Origin: Bacteroidales bacterium
GTDB lineage: Bacteria > Bacteroidota > Bacteroidia > Bacteroidales > UBA12077
Direction: 5' to 3'
DNA: 46,616 bases
Assembly (NCBI GenBank): GCA_028282585.1
Contig: JANQHR010000032.1
Location: forward strand, 1-46,616
Under the pieces are notes generated by a model. It made no database searches. It was not told the DNA's origin and saw only the letters and a list, made by a program, of their open reading frames with translations. Below, in pieces: positions 18,961-28,012 of this stretch (within the stretch, counting starts at the first letter, position 1; every line of letters begins with the position of its first letter). Both the position numbers and the translations under genes were made by a program.

Positions 18961-19632
18961 TTAATTCTTTGATAAATTTTTCATAAATGTCATAATAAAT
19001 CCTAATCCTCGTTTCATTTCCGGCGTATTCATTTCACGGAAAACTTTCCATAATGAATATTCCGGAATATTATCCGTATCAAGATTTTTAAATATACTTA
19101 CAGCATTATTAATTGCATGCAGCATATCTGGTTGAGTTAAGTTTTTAACTGTATCTAAAATGGTAACAATATTATCTGCTAATGCTTTTACATCTTCGGG
19201 TGGGTAACTTGAAATTATGTTATCCATAACTCTGGTTAGCTCCTTAAAGAATTCAAAATACCCTTTTTGCTCGAACTCATGTAATTTATTTGTAATGTCA
19301 ATACCAACTTCATTTATAATTGGGCCTGCATCTTTTATTAAATCTGTAACGCTTTCGAACATATCCATAACCTGAGAAAAATTGTTAACATTTCTCACCA
19401 ACTTATATATTAACAGCTTAATATCATTAACATTAAGTTCTATTCCTTGCTTGTCAAGTTCGTAAACTACATCCGAAAAAGCATCCTTGCTTATTATTGA
19501 AACGTCGGATACCAAATCTTCAATCATTTCGCTTTTTAACCTTTGCTCGTTCATGTAACCAATTAATAAATCAAGTTTCTGATTGATTTCATTAATTTGT
19601 ACCTGAACATTATCTGATTTAACTTCCATCAT
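18961..19632 (-). CDS. DUF1641 domain helical protein
   Basis: All-helical; C-terminal SLWKVFREMNTPEMKRGLGFIMTF amphipathic motif; sits directly after the SQR-like gene. Confidence 0.8.
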   Translation of the reverse strand: MMEVKSDNVQVQINEINQKLDLLIGYMNEQRLKSEMIEDLVSDVSIISKDAFSDVVYELDKQGIELNVNDIKLLIYKLVRNVNNFSQVMDMFESVTDLIKDAGPIINEVGIDITNKLHEFEQKGYFEFFKELTRVMDNIISSYPPEDVKALADNIVTILDTVKNLTQPDMLHAINNAVSIFKNLDTDNIPEYSLWKVFREMNTPEMKRGLGFIMTFMKNLSKN

Positions 19633-19646
19633 TTTCTAATTTTGAA

Positions 19647-20879
19647 TTAAGATTTCTTCTTACCAGCCATGGACATATGATTCTCTATCGGAAGTTCTTT
19701 TCCTTTTAATAGCATGTGCCAATAAATCCATCGGAAAATTACCTTTCCATAGTGGTTCATTTTAGTATTTTGTAATAAACCAAACGGGCCAATACCTGGA
19801 AGCGGATAAGTTCCTGGAAGTGGTTCTGTTTCGTAATTAAAGTCTATTAATGAACCTTTGCCAAATCCTGTTTCGATATAACAATTAGCATGACCATCAA
19901 ATTTTGCTCTAAGCTCTCTACCCTTAATTGCACATAGCAAGTTGTCGAATAGAACCTCTGCGGCAAAATGAACTACGGAACCTGCCTTAGAAGTTGGAAT
20001 ATTTGAAGCATCACCTAATACAAATATATTTTCATGTTTTTCCGATTTTAAGGTGTGCTTGTCAGTAGGTATAAAATTAAGGTCATCACCCATACCACTT
20101 CTTTCAACCATATCATCTCCCTTATTAACCGGAACAATGGTTAAAACATCGAAAGGAATTTCCTGCCCATCGTAAGATTTAATTTTCTTCTCCTTATTGT
20201 CAACACTTTCCAGATAAAACTCGGGAACAACCTTAATGTTTTTTTCTTTTAATAATTCTCCTAACATTTTTGTTGCAATAGGCTTTGTAAATGCTCCGGG
20301 TAAAGGTGTTACATAAGTGATATCTACCTTATCTCTTATCCCTGCATTTGTAAAATATTCATCGGCCAAGAAGACAAATTCAAGAGGAGCAACCGGGCAT
20401 TTAAATGGTAATTCAGCAATATTCATTACCAATTTTCCACCATGCCATGTTTCAAAAAATTCTTGCAGTGCAACAGCTCCTTCAACAGTATAAAAATCAA
20501 ATATTTCTTTGCGCCATAATTCACCTTTTAACCCAGGAGTCTCTTCCGGATCAATTCTTGTTCCTGTCGCTACAATAAGAAAATCATAATTTAGAACCTT
20601 ACCTTCTTTTAACAATACTTTATTTTCTTCAGGAACAATTTTATCAATATCACTATATTCTATATTTACACCAGACGGTATGAAATTAGCCTTTGGCTTA
20701 ATTACATCCTGTTTATTGTACATGCCAAAAGGTATAAACAAAAATCCCGGTTGATAATAATGTGTTTTATGCTTATCGACAACGGTGATATCCCATTCTT
20801 CTCTACCAAGGGCTTTTCTTAACTTATTAGCCATAATAGTTCCGCCTGTACCAGCGCCCAATATTAGAATCTTTTTCAT
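19647..20879 (-). CDS. sqr: Sulfide:quinone oxidoreductase-like flavoprotein (type III-like)
   Basis: GAGTGG FAD motif, HYYQPG, ATG, FKCPVAPLE, LGDA, SKAGS, DGHANCYIETG. Confidence 0.85.
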   Translation of the reverse strand: MKKILILGAGTGGTIMANKLRKALGREEWDITVVDKHKTHYYQPGFLFIPFGMYNKQDVIKPKANFIPSGVNIEYSDIDKIVPEENKVLLKEGKVLNYDFLIVATGTRIDPEETPGLKGELWRKEIFDFYTVEGAVALQEFFETWHGGKLVMNIAELPFKCPVAPLEFVFLADEYFTNAGIRDKVDITYVTPLPGAFTKPIATKMLGELLKEKNIKVVPEFYLESVDNKEKKIKSYDGQEIPFDVLTIVPVNKGDDMVERSGMGDDLNFIPTDKHTLKSEKHENIFVLGDASNIPTSKAGSVVHFAAEVLFDNLLCAIKGRELRAKFDGHANCYIETGFGKGSLIDFNYETEPLPGTYPLPGIGPFGLLQNTKMNHYGKVIFRWIYWHMLLKGKELPIENHMSMAGKKKS

Positions 20880-20929
20880 TTTAGATATTTTTTATATTAT
20901 TTTTAGGTTGTTATTAATATTTACTGTTA

Positions 20930-20946
20930 CAAAATTAACAAATATA
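20930..20946 (-). promoter_or_regulatory. Tandem -7 boxes for the sqr operon
   Basis: TAATTTTG (20937-20930) and TATATTTG (20946-20939) on the minus strand. Confidence 0.45.
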
Positions 20947-20968
20947 AACATATTTACATCTTTACATA

Positions 20969-20986
20969 TTATGATATATATCATAA
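20969..20986. promoter_or_regulatory. Crp/Fnr-type operator
   Basis: Perfect palindrome TTATGATATATATCATAA containing TGAT-N4-ATCA, between divergent sqr and Crp/Fnr genes. Confidence 0.7.
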
Positions 20987-21018
20987 GTAACAAATATCTT
21001 CCGAAGGTAAGTAATTAA

Positions 21019-21714
21019 ATGGATACATTAAACACTACAAGCAACTGTAAAACTTGCATCTATAAATCCTGGGCATTTAAAAATCTAAGCGAAGAGGAAT
21101 TAAAAGTTATAAACTGCAAGAAAACTGAAAAGTTTTATCGTAAAGGTGAAATTATTTGTTCCGAAGGTGATGAAATCAATTCTTTTATGTATCTGCAAAA
21201 CGGCTTAGTAAAGCTATTCAAGACGGAAAGTAATAAAAGAGAACATATTATAAGTATAGCCAAACCAAAAGATTTTATTGGATTATTAAGTATATTTTCA
21301 AATACAAACCATATTTATTCAATTTCAGCCATAGAAGACTCGGTAGTTTGCTTTGTAGATTTAAAAATTATTAGAGATCTAATTAAAAGTAATGGCAATT
21401 TTGCTTTAGATTTTTTTGAAAGAATTAGCTCAGTTTCAGATGCTGTAATTAAAACGCGTATCAATATTAATACCAGGCAATTACGAGGAAGAATTGCTTA
21501 TATTCTATTATTGTTCTCAAAACATATTTATGATTCAGAAAAGTTTAATTTGCCAATTAGCCGTAAAGAAATAGCCGAACTTATTGATATGAGCACAGAA
21601 AATGTTATCAGGGTTTTATCAGAATTTAGAAAAGATAAGCTTATTCAAATAGAAGGAAAGAGTATTGAGATCCTAGATATTAATCGTCTTGAAAAAGTAT
21701 ATGACCTTGGTTAA
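21019..21714 (+). CDS. Crp/Fnr family transcriptional regulator
   Basis: N-terminal CxxC, cNMP-binding-like domain, HTH SRKEIAELIDMSTENVIRVLSEF. Confidence 0.93.
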   Translation: MDTLNTTSNCKTCIYKSWAFKNLSEEELKVINCKKTEKFYRKGEIICSEGDEINSFMYLQNGLVKLFKTESNKREHIISIAKPKDFIGLLSIFSNTNHIYSISAIEDSVVCFVDLKIIRDLIKSNGNFALDFFERISSVSDAVIKTRININTRQLRGRIAYILLLFSKHIYDSEKFNLPISRKEIAELIDMSTENVIRVLSEFRKDKLIQIEGKSIEILDINRLEKVYDLG

Positions 21715-22476
21715 CTATATATTTCCTTTTAATTTTCTTATTTCTTGAGATAAACTGGAAGCAAATATAAACTTATTTAATTCCTCATTGTTCGTTTCAA
21801 AAATTTCATCTTTACTTCCTTCCCACCATTTTTCGCCTTTATAAATAAAAACTACTTTATCTCCGATTTCCATAACAGAATTCATATCATGAGTATTAAC
21901 TATAGTTGTCATATTGTATTCTTCTGTTATTTCTTTAATTAAATCATCAATTACTATTGCAGTTTGAGGGTCTAAACCTGAATTAGGCTCATCACAAAAT
22001 AAATATTTCGGATTTAATGCAATTGCTCTAGCTATTGCAACTCTTTTTTTCATACCGCCACTTATTTCTGCAGGATATAAGTTATTTGCATTAATAATAT
22101 TTACCCTTTTTAAGCATTCATTTGCTCGATCTCTTTTTTGTGACTTTGTCATTTCGGTAAACATATCTAATGGGTACATAACATTTTCTTCAACTGTTGC
22201 TGAATCAAATAATGCTCCTCCTTGAAAAAGCATTCCTATCTGCTTTCTCATTTCCTTCTTTTCTTTAAAATTTAATTCATTAAATACTACATTATCATAA
22301 ACAATTTTTCCTTCATCCACTTCATGTAATCCAACGATCGATTTTAGTAAAACGGTCTTTCCCGATCCGCTTTGACCTATTATTAGATTTGTTTTACCTT
22401 TTTCAAAGATCACATTTACTTTTTTCAGGACTTGGGCAGTACTGAATGATTTGGATAAATTTTTTACCTCTATCAC
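21715..22476 (-). CDS. mlaF: MlaF/Mkl-type ABC ATPase
   Basis: GQSGSGKT, LFQGGALFDS, ISGGMKKRV, DEPNSGLDP; 4-bp overlap with mlaE. Confidence 0.88.
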   Translation of the reverse strand: MIEVKNLSKSFSTAQVLKKVNVIFEKGKTNLIIGQSGSGKTVLLKSIVGLHEVDEGKIVYDNVVFNELNFKEKKEMRKQIGMLFQGGALFDSATVEENVMYPLDMFTEMTKSQKRDRANECLKRVNIINANNLYPAEISGGMKKRVAIARAIALNPKYLFCDEPNSGLDPQTAIVIDDLIKEITEEYNMTTIVNTHDMNSVMEIGDKVVFIYKGEKWWEGSKDEIFETNNEELNKFIFASSLSQEIRKLKGNI

Positions 22477-23213
22477 GACAAAAGTAGTTGGGTTAATATT
22501 AAATTAAATAAAAGGATAAATATGCTACTATGTACTACAGCTTTTGTACTTGATCTTCCAACTTCTAAAGAACCTCCTGTTGCATAATAACCATGATAGG
22601 CTGAAATTGTAGTTATAAGAAATGCAAAAACAATAATCTTTATTAAAGAATATGTTATATAAAAGGGTATGAAGGCATACTGAATCCCATAAACATAATT
22701 TTCAGTGGTAACAACTCCAACAGAAATACCTGCTAACCAGCCTCCCGTAATTCCTACAAACATGCTAAATATGCATAAAAGTGGTGCAAAAAAAACAGAA
22801 GCCAGAATCTTAGGTAAAATTAAATAACTTGCCGAATTCACTCCCATAATCTCCAAAGCATCTATCTGTTCGGTAACTCTCATAGTTCCTATCTCAGATG
22901 CTATGTTTGAACCAATTTTCCCAGCTAAAATCAATGCAACAATAGTTGATGAAAATTCTAAAATCATGGAATCCCTTGTCCCCAATCCTATTAAATATGT
23001 TGGTAACAATGGATTTTCAGTATTATAAGCAGTTTGTATAGTTATTACAGCTCCCATAAATACTGAAATAATAACAACAATTCCCATAGAATTAATTCCC
23101 AGCTTTTGAACTTCCTTTAAAGTCTCCCGGTAATAGATACTGAATTTTTCAGGTTTTGCAAAAACTCTAAAAAGCAGTATAAAATATCTTCCTATATGAT
23201 AAAAAAGTCCCAT
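22473..23213 (-). CDS. mlaE: MlaE family lipid ABC permease
   Basis: AGKIGSNIASEIGTMRVTEQIDALEIMG, EVGRSSTKAVV. Confidence 0.92.
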   Translation of the reverse strand: MGLFYHIGRYFILLFRVFAKPEKFSIYYRETLKEVQKLGINSMGIVVIISVFMGAVITIQTAYNTENPLLPTYLIGLGTRDSMILEFSSTIVALILAGKIGSNIASEIGTMRVTEQIDALEIMGVNSASYLILPKILASVFFAPLLCIFSMFVGITGGWLAGISVGVVTTENYVYGIQYAFIPFYITYSLIKIIVFAFLITTISAYHGYYATGGSLEVGRSSTKAVVHSSIFILLFNLILTQLLLS

Positions 23214-23233
23214 TGATTAACCTTTTCCATCTA

Positions 23234-23241
23234 CAAATATA
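23234..23241 (-). promoter_or_regulatory. Putative -7 box for mlaEF
   Basis: TATATTTG on the minus strand, 20 nt upstream of ATG 23213. Confidence 0.5.
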
Positions 23242-23360
23242 CTAAATAATAAATCCGAATTTTACCCATATTTAACGATTAATATTTTTTAATCTTAATC
23301 CTTTTTATTCCTTTTGCATTTTGTAAATTTATACATTGCTTCTAATTAAAATTAAAAAAG

Positions 23361-24449
23361 ATGAAAAACAACTATTGTGTTATTATGGCTGGTGGTGTTG
23401 GAAGTAGATTCTGGCCTTTGAGCAGAACGGATAAGCCTAAACAATTTCTTGATATATTAGGAACCGGACGTACTTTATTGCAAATGACATTTGACAGGTT
23501 TAAACAAATATGTCCTGTTGAAAACATTTACATTGTTACAAGTAAAATTTACAGCAATACAATACTAGAACAATTACCGGAATTAAATGCTGAGCAAATA
23601 CTTCTCGAACCTGTAAGAAGAAATACAGCACCGTGTATTGCTTATGCCAATTATAAAATCTTAACTAAAAATCCAAATGCTAATATAGTAACTGCGCCAT
23701 CAGATCACTTAATACTCAAAGAAGAGGAATTCTTAAAAGTTATTAAAGAAGGTTTAGAGTTTGTGGCTGAAAAAGATGCATTACTAACACTTGGTATTAA
23801 ACCAAGCCGACCTGAAACAGGATATGGATATATTCAGGTTAATGGAACTAACTATGAAAAAACCAATAAAAACATCCATAAAGTAAAAACCTTTACTGAA
23901 AAGCCCGATAAAAAATTAGCCAAAGTTTTTTTTGAAAGTGGTGAATTTTTCTGGAATGCAGGTATCTTTTTATGGTCGTTAAAATCTATTAATAAAGCTT
24001 TTGAAACTCATCTACCTAATATAAATTCATTATTTAAAGATGGGCTTGCTGTTTATAATACTCCAAAAGAGATTGAATATATTAATCAAACTTATTTTGA
24101 ATGTAAAAACATATCTATCGACTATGGTTTAATGGAGAAAGCCGAAAACGTTTATGTATACTGTAGCGATTTTGGATGGGCAGATCTTGGAACTTGGGGT
24201 TCATTGCATGAGAACATATCTAAAGATGAAGATAAAAATTCTATTTTAGGTGAAAATGTATTTGCTTATGATATAAAGAATTGTATAGTAAATATGCCTA
24301 AAGATAAACTCGTTGTCTTGCAAGGATTAAAAGATTATATAGTGGTTGAATCGGATGGTATCTTGCTTATTTGTAAAAAGGAAGATGAACAAGAAATTAA
24401 ACAATATGTTAATGATGTAAAACTTAAACTTGGTGATAAGTACCTATAA
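23361..24449 (+). CDS. manC: Mannose-1-phosphate guanylyltransferase
   Basis: MAGGVGSRFWPLSR..PKQF, EPVRRNTAP, PETGYGYI, FTEKP, W.DLGTW; no PMI cupin domain. Confidence 0.93.
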   Translation: MKNNYCVIMAGGVGSRFWPLSRTDKPKQFLDILGTGRTLLQMTFDRFKQICPVENIYIVTSKIYSNTILEQLPELNAEQILLEPVRRNTAPCIAYANYKILTKNPNANIVTAPSDHLILKEEEFLKVIKEGLEFVAEKDALLTLGIKPSRPETGYGYIQVNGTNYEKTNKNIHKVKTFTEKPDKKLAKVFFESGEFFWNAGIFLWSLKSINKAFETHLPNINSLFKDGLAVYNTPKEIEYINQTYFECKNISIDYGLMEKAENVYVYCSDFGWADLGTWGSLHENISKDEDKNSILGENVFAYDIKNCIVNMPKDKLVVLQGLKDYIVVESDGILLICKKEDEQEIKQYVNDVKLKLGDKYL

Positions 24450-24475
24450 AAAAAGAGCCGTTACGGCTCTTTTTT
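24448..24475. terminator. Bidirectional intrinsic terminator (manC / gldN)
   Basis: AAAAAAGAGCCG-TTA-CGGCTCTTTTTT. Confidence 0.9.
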
Positions 24476-24498
24476 ATTTTATATTTGATTTATTTATT

Positions 24499-25341
24499 CT
24501 AATATTCCCATAAATCGTGTTCCATTTCAAATAATTCTTGCTTAATTTTTTCCGCTTCGTGTAGAACATTTAAACCTTGCATATATGCTTGTACTTCTCT
24601 ATTTTCATAAACGTTTGTTTCCCTTACAATATAGCTATTAAATCTCCTTTGAAAAAATACATCATCAAAACTAATACGTTGTGCATCATTTCTTCTATTG
24701 AACACTTCTTGTCCTGCTAATAAAGGTCTTGCTTCAGGAAAATAAACCCAAAAAGTTCTCCTTTTTCTTACTTGTCCTGTTTCAATATCCATGTACCTTC
24801 GAATCGGGCAAACTCCAAGCACTCTTACGTTCATTGTAGAATGTTGCTTATCAAAATACCATTGTTCCTTTATTTCATACTGATATACCTCATCATACTT
24901 TACTTCACCTTCAATAACAGTTTCAACTAATTCCCCGGTATTAGGATCAGGAACAAACTGAGTATCCGGAAGCGCATCAAACATTTGATAAACTTCATCT
25001 CTTGTAGCTAACTGTTTAAATTCATCATCATGAAATACTGTTAAGCCTTCATTATTAATTCCGTAGATTAATAAACTAATTAAACTTTTTCTGTCATCCA
25101 TATCAACTATTGGATAATAGAAAGGATGATTCATTTTCTCTCTACAATCAATGATTTGCCAAATCTTTTTTGTCCACAATATATCTGCTTCACGCATAGC
25201 AGGATATGGCACGGGTCTTTTACCAGGTATGTTTTCTTTAATATATATACCATCATTTACATTTTGTGCAATAGTTTGTTGTTTATTGAAAAATGTACCA
25301 ACAATACCTAGTAACAGTAAGACAACAAAAAACTTTTTCAT
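24499..25341 (-). CDS. gldN: T9SS/gliding ring protein GldN/PorN
   Basis: READILW.K.IW..ID.REKMN.P.YYP, WYFDK, FWVYFPEAR, RRFNSYI, EHDLWEY. Confidence 0.93.
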   Translation of the reverse strand: MKKFFVVLLLLGIVGTFFNKQQTIAQNVNDGIYIKENIPGKRPVPYPAMREADILWTKKIWQIIDCREKMNHPFYYPIVDMDDRKSLISLLIYGINNEGLTVFHDDEFKQLATRDEVYQMFDALPDTQFVPDPNTGELVETVIEGEVKYDEVYQYEIKEQWYFDKQHSTMNVRVLGVCPIRRYMDIETGQVRKRRTFWVYFPEARPLLAGQEVFNRRNDAQRISFDDVFFQRRFNSYIVRETNVYENREVQAYMQGLNVLHEAEKIKQELFEMEHDLWEY

Positions 25342-25360
25342 AGCTATATTTTTATAAATT

Positions 25361-26995
25361 TTAAATTATTTCGAATACAATAGGAGCCAAACTTCTTACA
25401 CTACCGTCTGGGCCCACAGCTTTAACATCTTCAATATTTAATCTTTGCGATCTTCTTAAATTTCTAATTAAATCCAATTGTTGTTTTGTAAAAACATTAC
25501 CTTTGGTGCTTGCATCAATTGTATATCCACCCCTATCTGTAGTTGATACAGTAAATTCTGTAATTTTAAATTCCAAATCAAATTCAAAATTCTCCATAGC
25601 CGCAAATACGCCTGTTTGAGCAGCTAATACATTTCTTTCAATTTTTCCTCCTTTTTTTCCTGCAACCTGAACAACCGGATCAGGTAATCCTCTTACTCTA
25701 AATTGAGCAACTCCCATATTCTTGGATTCTCCCTCTATTTCTGCTCTAACAGAAATAATACTATTTCCTGGTCTTTTTGGATTTACTACGTATTCACCAT
25801 CCCTTTGCTTTCTGATTACACCATTTGTTATTGAAGGTGATATTTTATCTCCTGGAATTCCGGCAATGGAAATACTTACTGGATTATCAACTCCAACATA
25901 AAATAAATTCATTTTTGTAGGAGATACAACTAAATTAGGTTTTGCAACCTGAAATTCTCTTCTAAAGGTTTTTGTTATAAAATTTCCGTCCGGATCTTGT
26001 AGCTTAATAATCCCACCCCAAGTTTGTTTTCCCAACTCTGATCCCATTCTGGAAAATTTACCTCTTCCGTTAACAATCTCAAGCGAATCATATTGACCAA
26101 CCATCTCATAATCATATAGTCCCGTCTCCTCATTTAGCGTGGAATCATATCTTCCTACATATACAATTGGCGCTGCCGTTGTATCAAATGCTGCAATAAA
26201 CACATCTGCTTTATAAGGATTCCCTTGTAAAACATAGCTCGTATTTGGGATGACTGTAGCTTCTAGTTTGTTAAACGGTATTGAACCAGCTGATATTTGG
26301 TTAAACAGGAATTGAACTACTTCAGCTTCTGTATTTCTAATATCTAATTGTATTTTTGTTAATAAAGGAAATACTGCTGCAAGGGGTAAATGATAAAAAT
26401 GTTTAACCTCCCAACTCTTCTTTTCTCCATCTTCTGTTTTTGGCGGATCACTAGTATCCAGATTCGTCTCTAGTGAATGTATTAAAGTCTGATTATCTTC
26501 ATCAACGAGACTCAACATAAACTCGCGATATTCCTTTATTTTCTCCCTTAACTCAAATGCTTTACCATCATTTTCACCAATTAAAACATTCGTTGGAATA
26601 TCATGTTTATCCTTACTTTTTATATGTTCGCCATGAATTTTCCCCTCTTCTGTGATAACACCGTCCTCAGGATCTCCTTGTCCATTTTTGGTTAGTATTT
26701 CAATTTTAATATCCTGAATATATTCAATTAATTCATCTGATCTTTTTTTAACATCATCAGCCCTGTTTTTCCATGGACCTACTTTTTGCTCATTTTGCAG
26801 GTACTGTTGATTAAATTCGGTATATAGACCCTGATTTTTTTCCGTATAAATTTCCGTTGTTTTAACCAAACCTTCATCAACTGCAGCAAAAGCATCTAAA
26901 ACTTCAGCAGAAACGTTTAGAGCTAACATGGCTGTTAACACCAAATACATCATACCAATCATTTTCTGCCGGGGAGTTTCTTTACCGCCACCCAT
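25361..26995 (-). CDS. gldM: T9SS/gliding motor rotor GldM/PorM
   Basis: ETPRQKMIGMMYLVLTAMLALNVS, KMNLFYVGVDNP. Confidence 0.96.
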   Translation of the reverse strand: MGGGKETPRQKMIGMMYLVLTAMLALNVSAEVLDAFAAVDEGLVKTTEIYTEKNQGLYTEFNQQYLQNEQKVGPWKNRADDVKKRSDELIEYIQDIKIEILTKNGQGDPEDGVITEEGKIHGEHIKSKDKHDIPTNVLIGENDGKAFELREKIKEYREFMLSLVDEDNQTLIHSLETNLDTSDPPKTEDGEKKSWEVKHFYHLPLAAVFPLLTKIQLDIRNTEAEVVQFLFNQISAGSIPFNKLEATVIPNTSYVLQGNPYKADVFIAAFDTTAAPIVYVGRYDSTLNEETGLYDYEMVGQYDSLEIVNGRGKFSRMGSELGKQTWGGIIKLQDPDGNFITKTFRREFQVAKPNLVVSPTKMNLFYVGVDNPVSISIAGIPGDKISPSITNGVIRKQRDGEYVVNPKRPGNSIISVRAEIEGESKNMGVAQFRVRGLPDPVVQVAGKKGGKIERNVLAAQTGVFAAMENFEFDLEFKITEFTVSTTDRGGYTIDASTKGNVFTKQQLDLIRNLRRSQRLNIEDVKAVGPDGSVRSLAPIVFEII

Positions 26996-27014
26996 AATTT
27001 AATTCCTATTTAAA

Positions 27015-27980
27015 TTATTTATTATTTAGATTCATTGCAGAAAGCATATTTCCATAAACATTATTTAATGCTGCGAGATTGTTATTTAGCTTCGCTATTT
27101 CCTCTCTATAAACGTTTGTTTCTTCAACAGAACCTTTTAGATTATTCATTATCCCATCTAGTTCACCAAATAAAGTTTTTGAAGTTTTTAAATGCTCATT
27201 TGTACTTTGCATTTGCAATTCATATACTGAATTTAACGCAGAAATATTTTTATTTAGTGCTTCCAGTTTTTCATTATAACTTTGATTTCCACTAGAAATT
27301 AACTCAACATTTGTCTGTATTTTTTCTTCAATACTTTTGTAATTTGATAAAAATCCTTCACTAGCTTGCGCAAATTGTTCTGCTGCACTTTTACTCGATT
27401 CATCAATTATTTCTGAAGACTTCTTGTACGTATCAACTAATCCTTCCACAGAACCGCTAAGTTGGCCTGCGGACTCACTATAAGATTCAGTCATCGAAGA
27501 TAATGATTCCGATGCAGCTTGAATATTATCTACAAACTGATTAGTTGCTTGTGCAGCATCAGCCACATTCATTAAATTCTTGGTTGTTTGATTTAGGTTT
27601 TTCAATCCTTTCCCTAATTGTTCAAATAATTCAGGTTTAATATCCGCTTGTTCAAGCATTTCATCCAATTTCCCATAGCCTCCACCTTTTACTGGTTCAA
27701 ATTTTTTTGATCCGGGTTTAAAATCCTCATCTTCACTTATTCCTGCCAATTCAGGATAAACCAAAGTCCAATCCACCTCTTCATGCATTGGTTCAAATGC
27801 TGAAAAGAAGAATATAACTACTTCTGTACCCATTCCAATTATCAACATAGTAGTTGCCAGAGGCCAGTGATTAATCTTAAATAATGCACCAAGAATAACC
27901 AAAGCAGCTCCCCACCCATATAACTTGCCCATAAAGTTCTTCCAACCTGAACTTTGAACTATTTCTGAAATATTGATCAT
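27015..27980 (-). CDS. gldL: T9SS/gliding motor stator GldL/PorL
   Basis: GAALVILGALFKI.HW, TEVVIFFFSAFEP, WTLVYPEL, C-terminal VYGNMLSAM. Confidence 0.96.
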   Translation of the reverse strand: MINISEIVQSSGWKNFMGKLYGWGAALVILGALFKINHWPLATTMLIIGMGTEVVIFFFSAFEPMHEEVDWTLVYPELAGISEDEDFKPGSKKFEPVKGGGYGKLDEMLEQADIKPELFEQLGKGLKNLNQTTKNLMNVADAAQATNQFVDNIQAASESLSSMTESYSESAGQLSGSVEGLVDTYKKSSEIIDESSKSAAEQFAQASEGFLSNYKSIEEKIQTNVELISSGNQSYNEKLEALNKNISALNSVYELQMQSTNEHLKTSKTLFGELDGIMNNLKGSVEETNVYREEIAKLNNNLAALNNVYGNMLSAMNLNNK

Positions 27981-28012
27981 AACCCAAAATGTTTAAATTT
28001 CCAAAAATTTTG

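Noticed and set aside
20785-21018. 77-aa ORF spanning the sqr promoter
   Set aside because: Antisense to the sqr start and runs through AT-rich regulatory DNA
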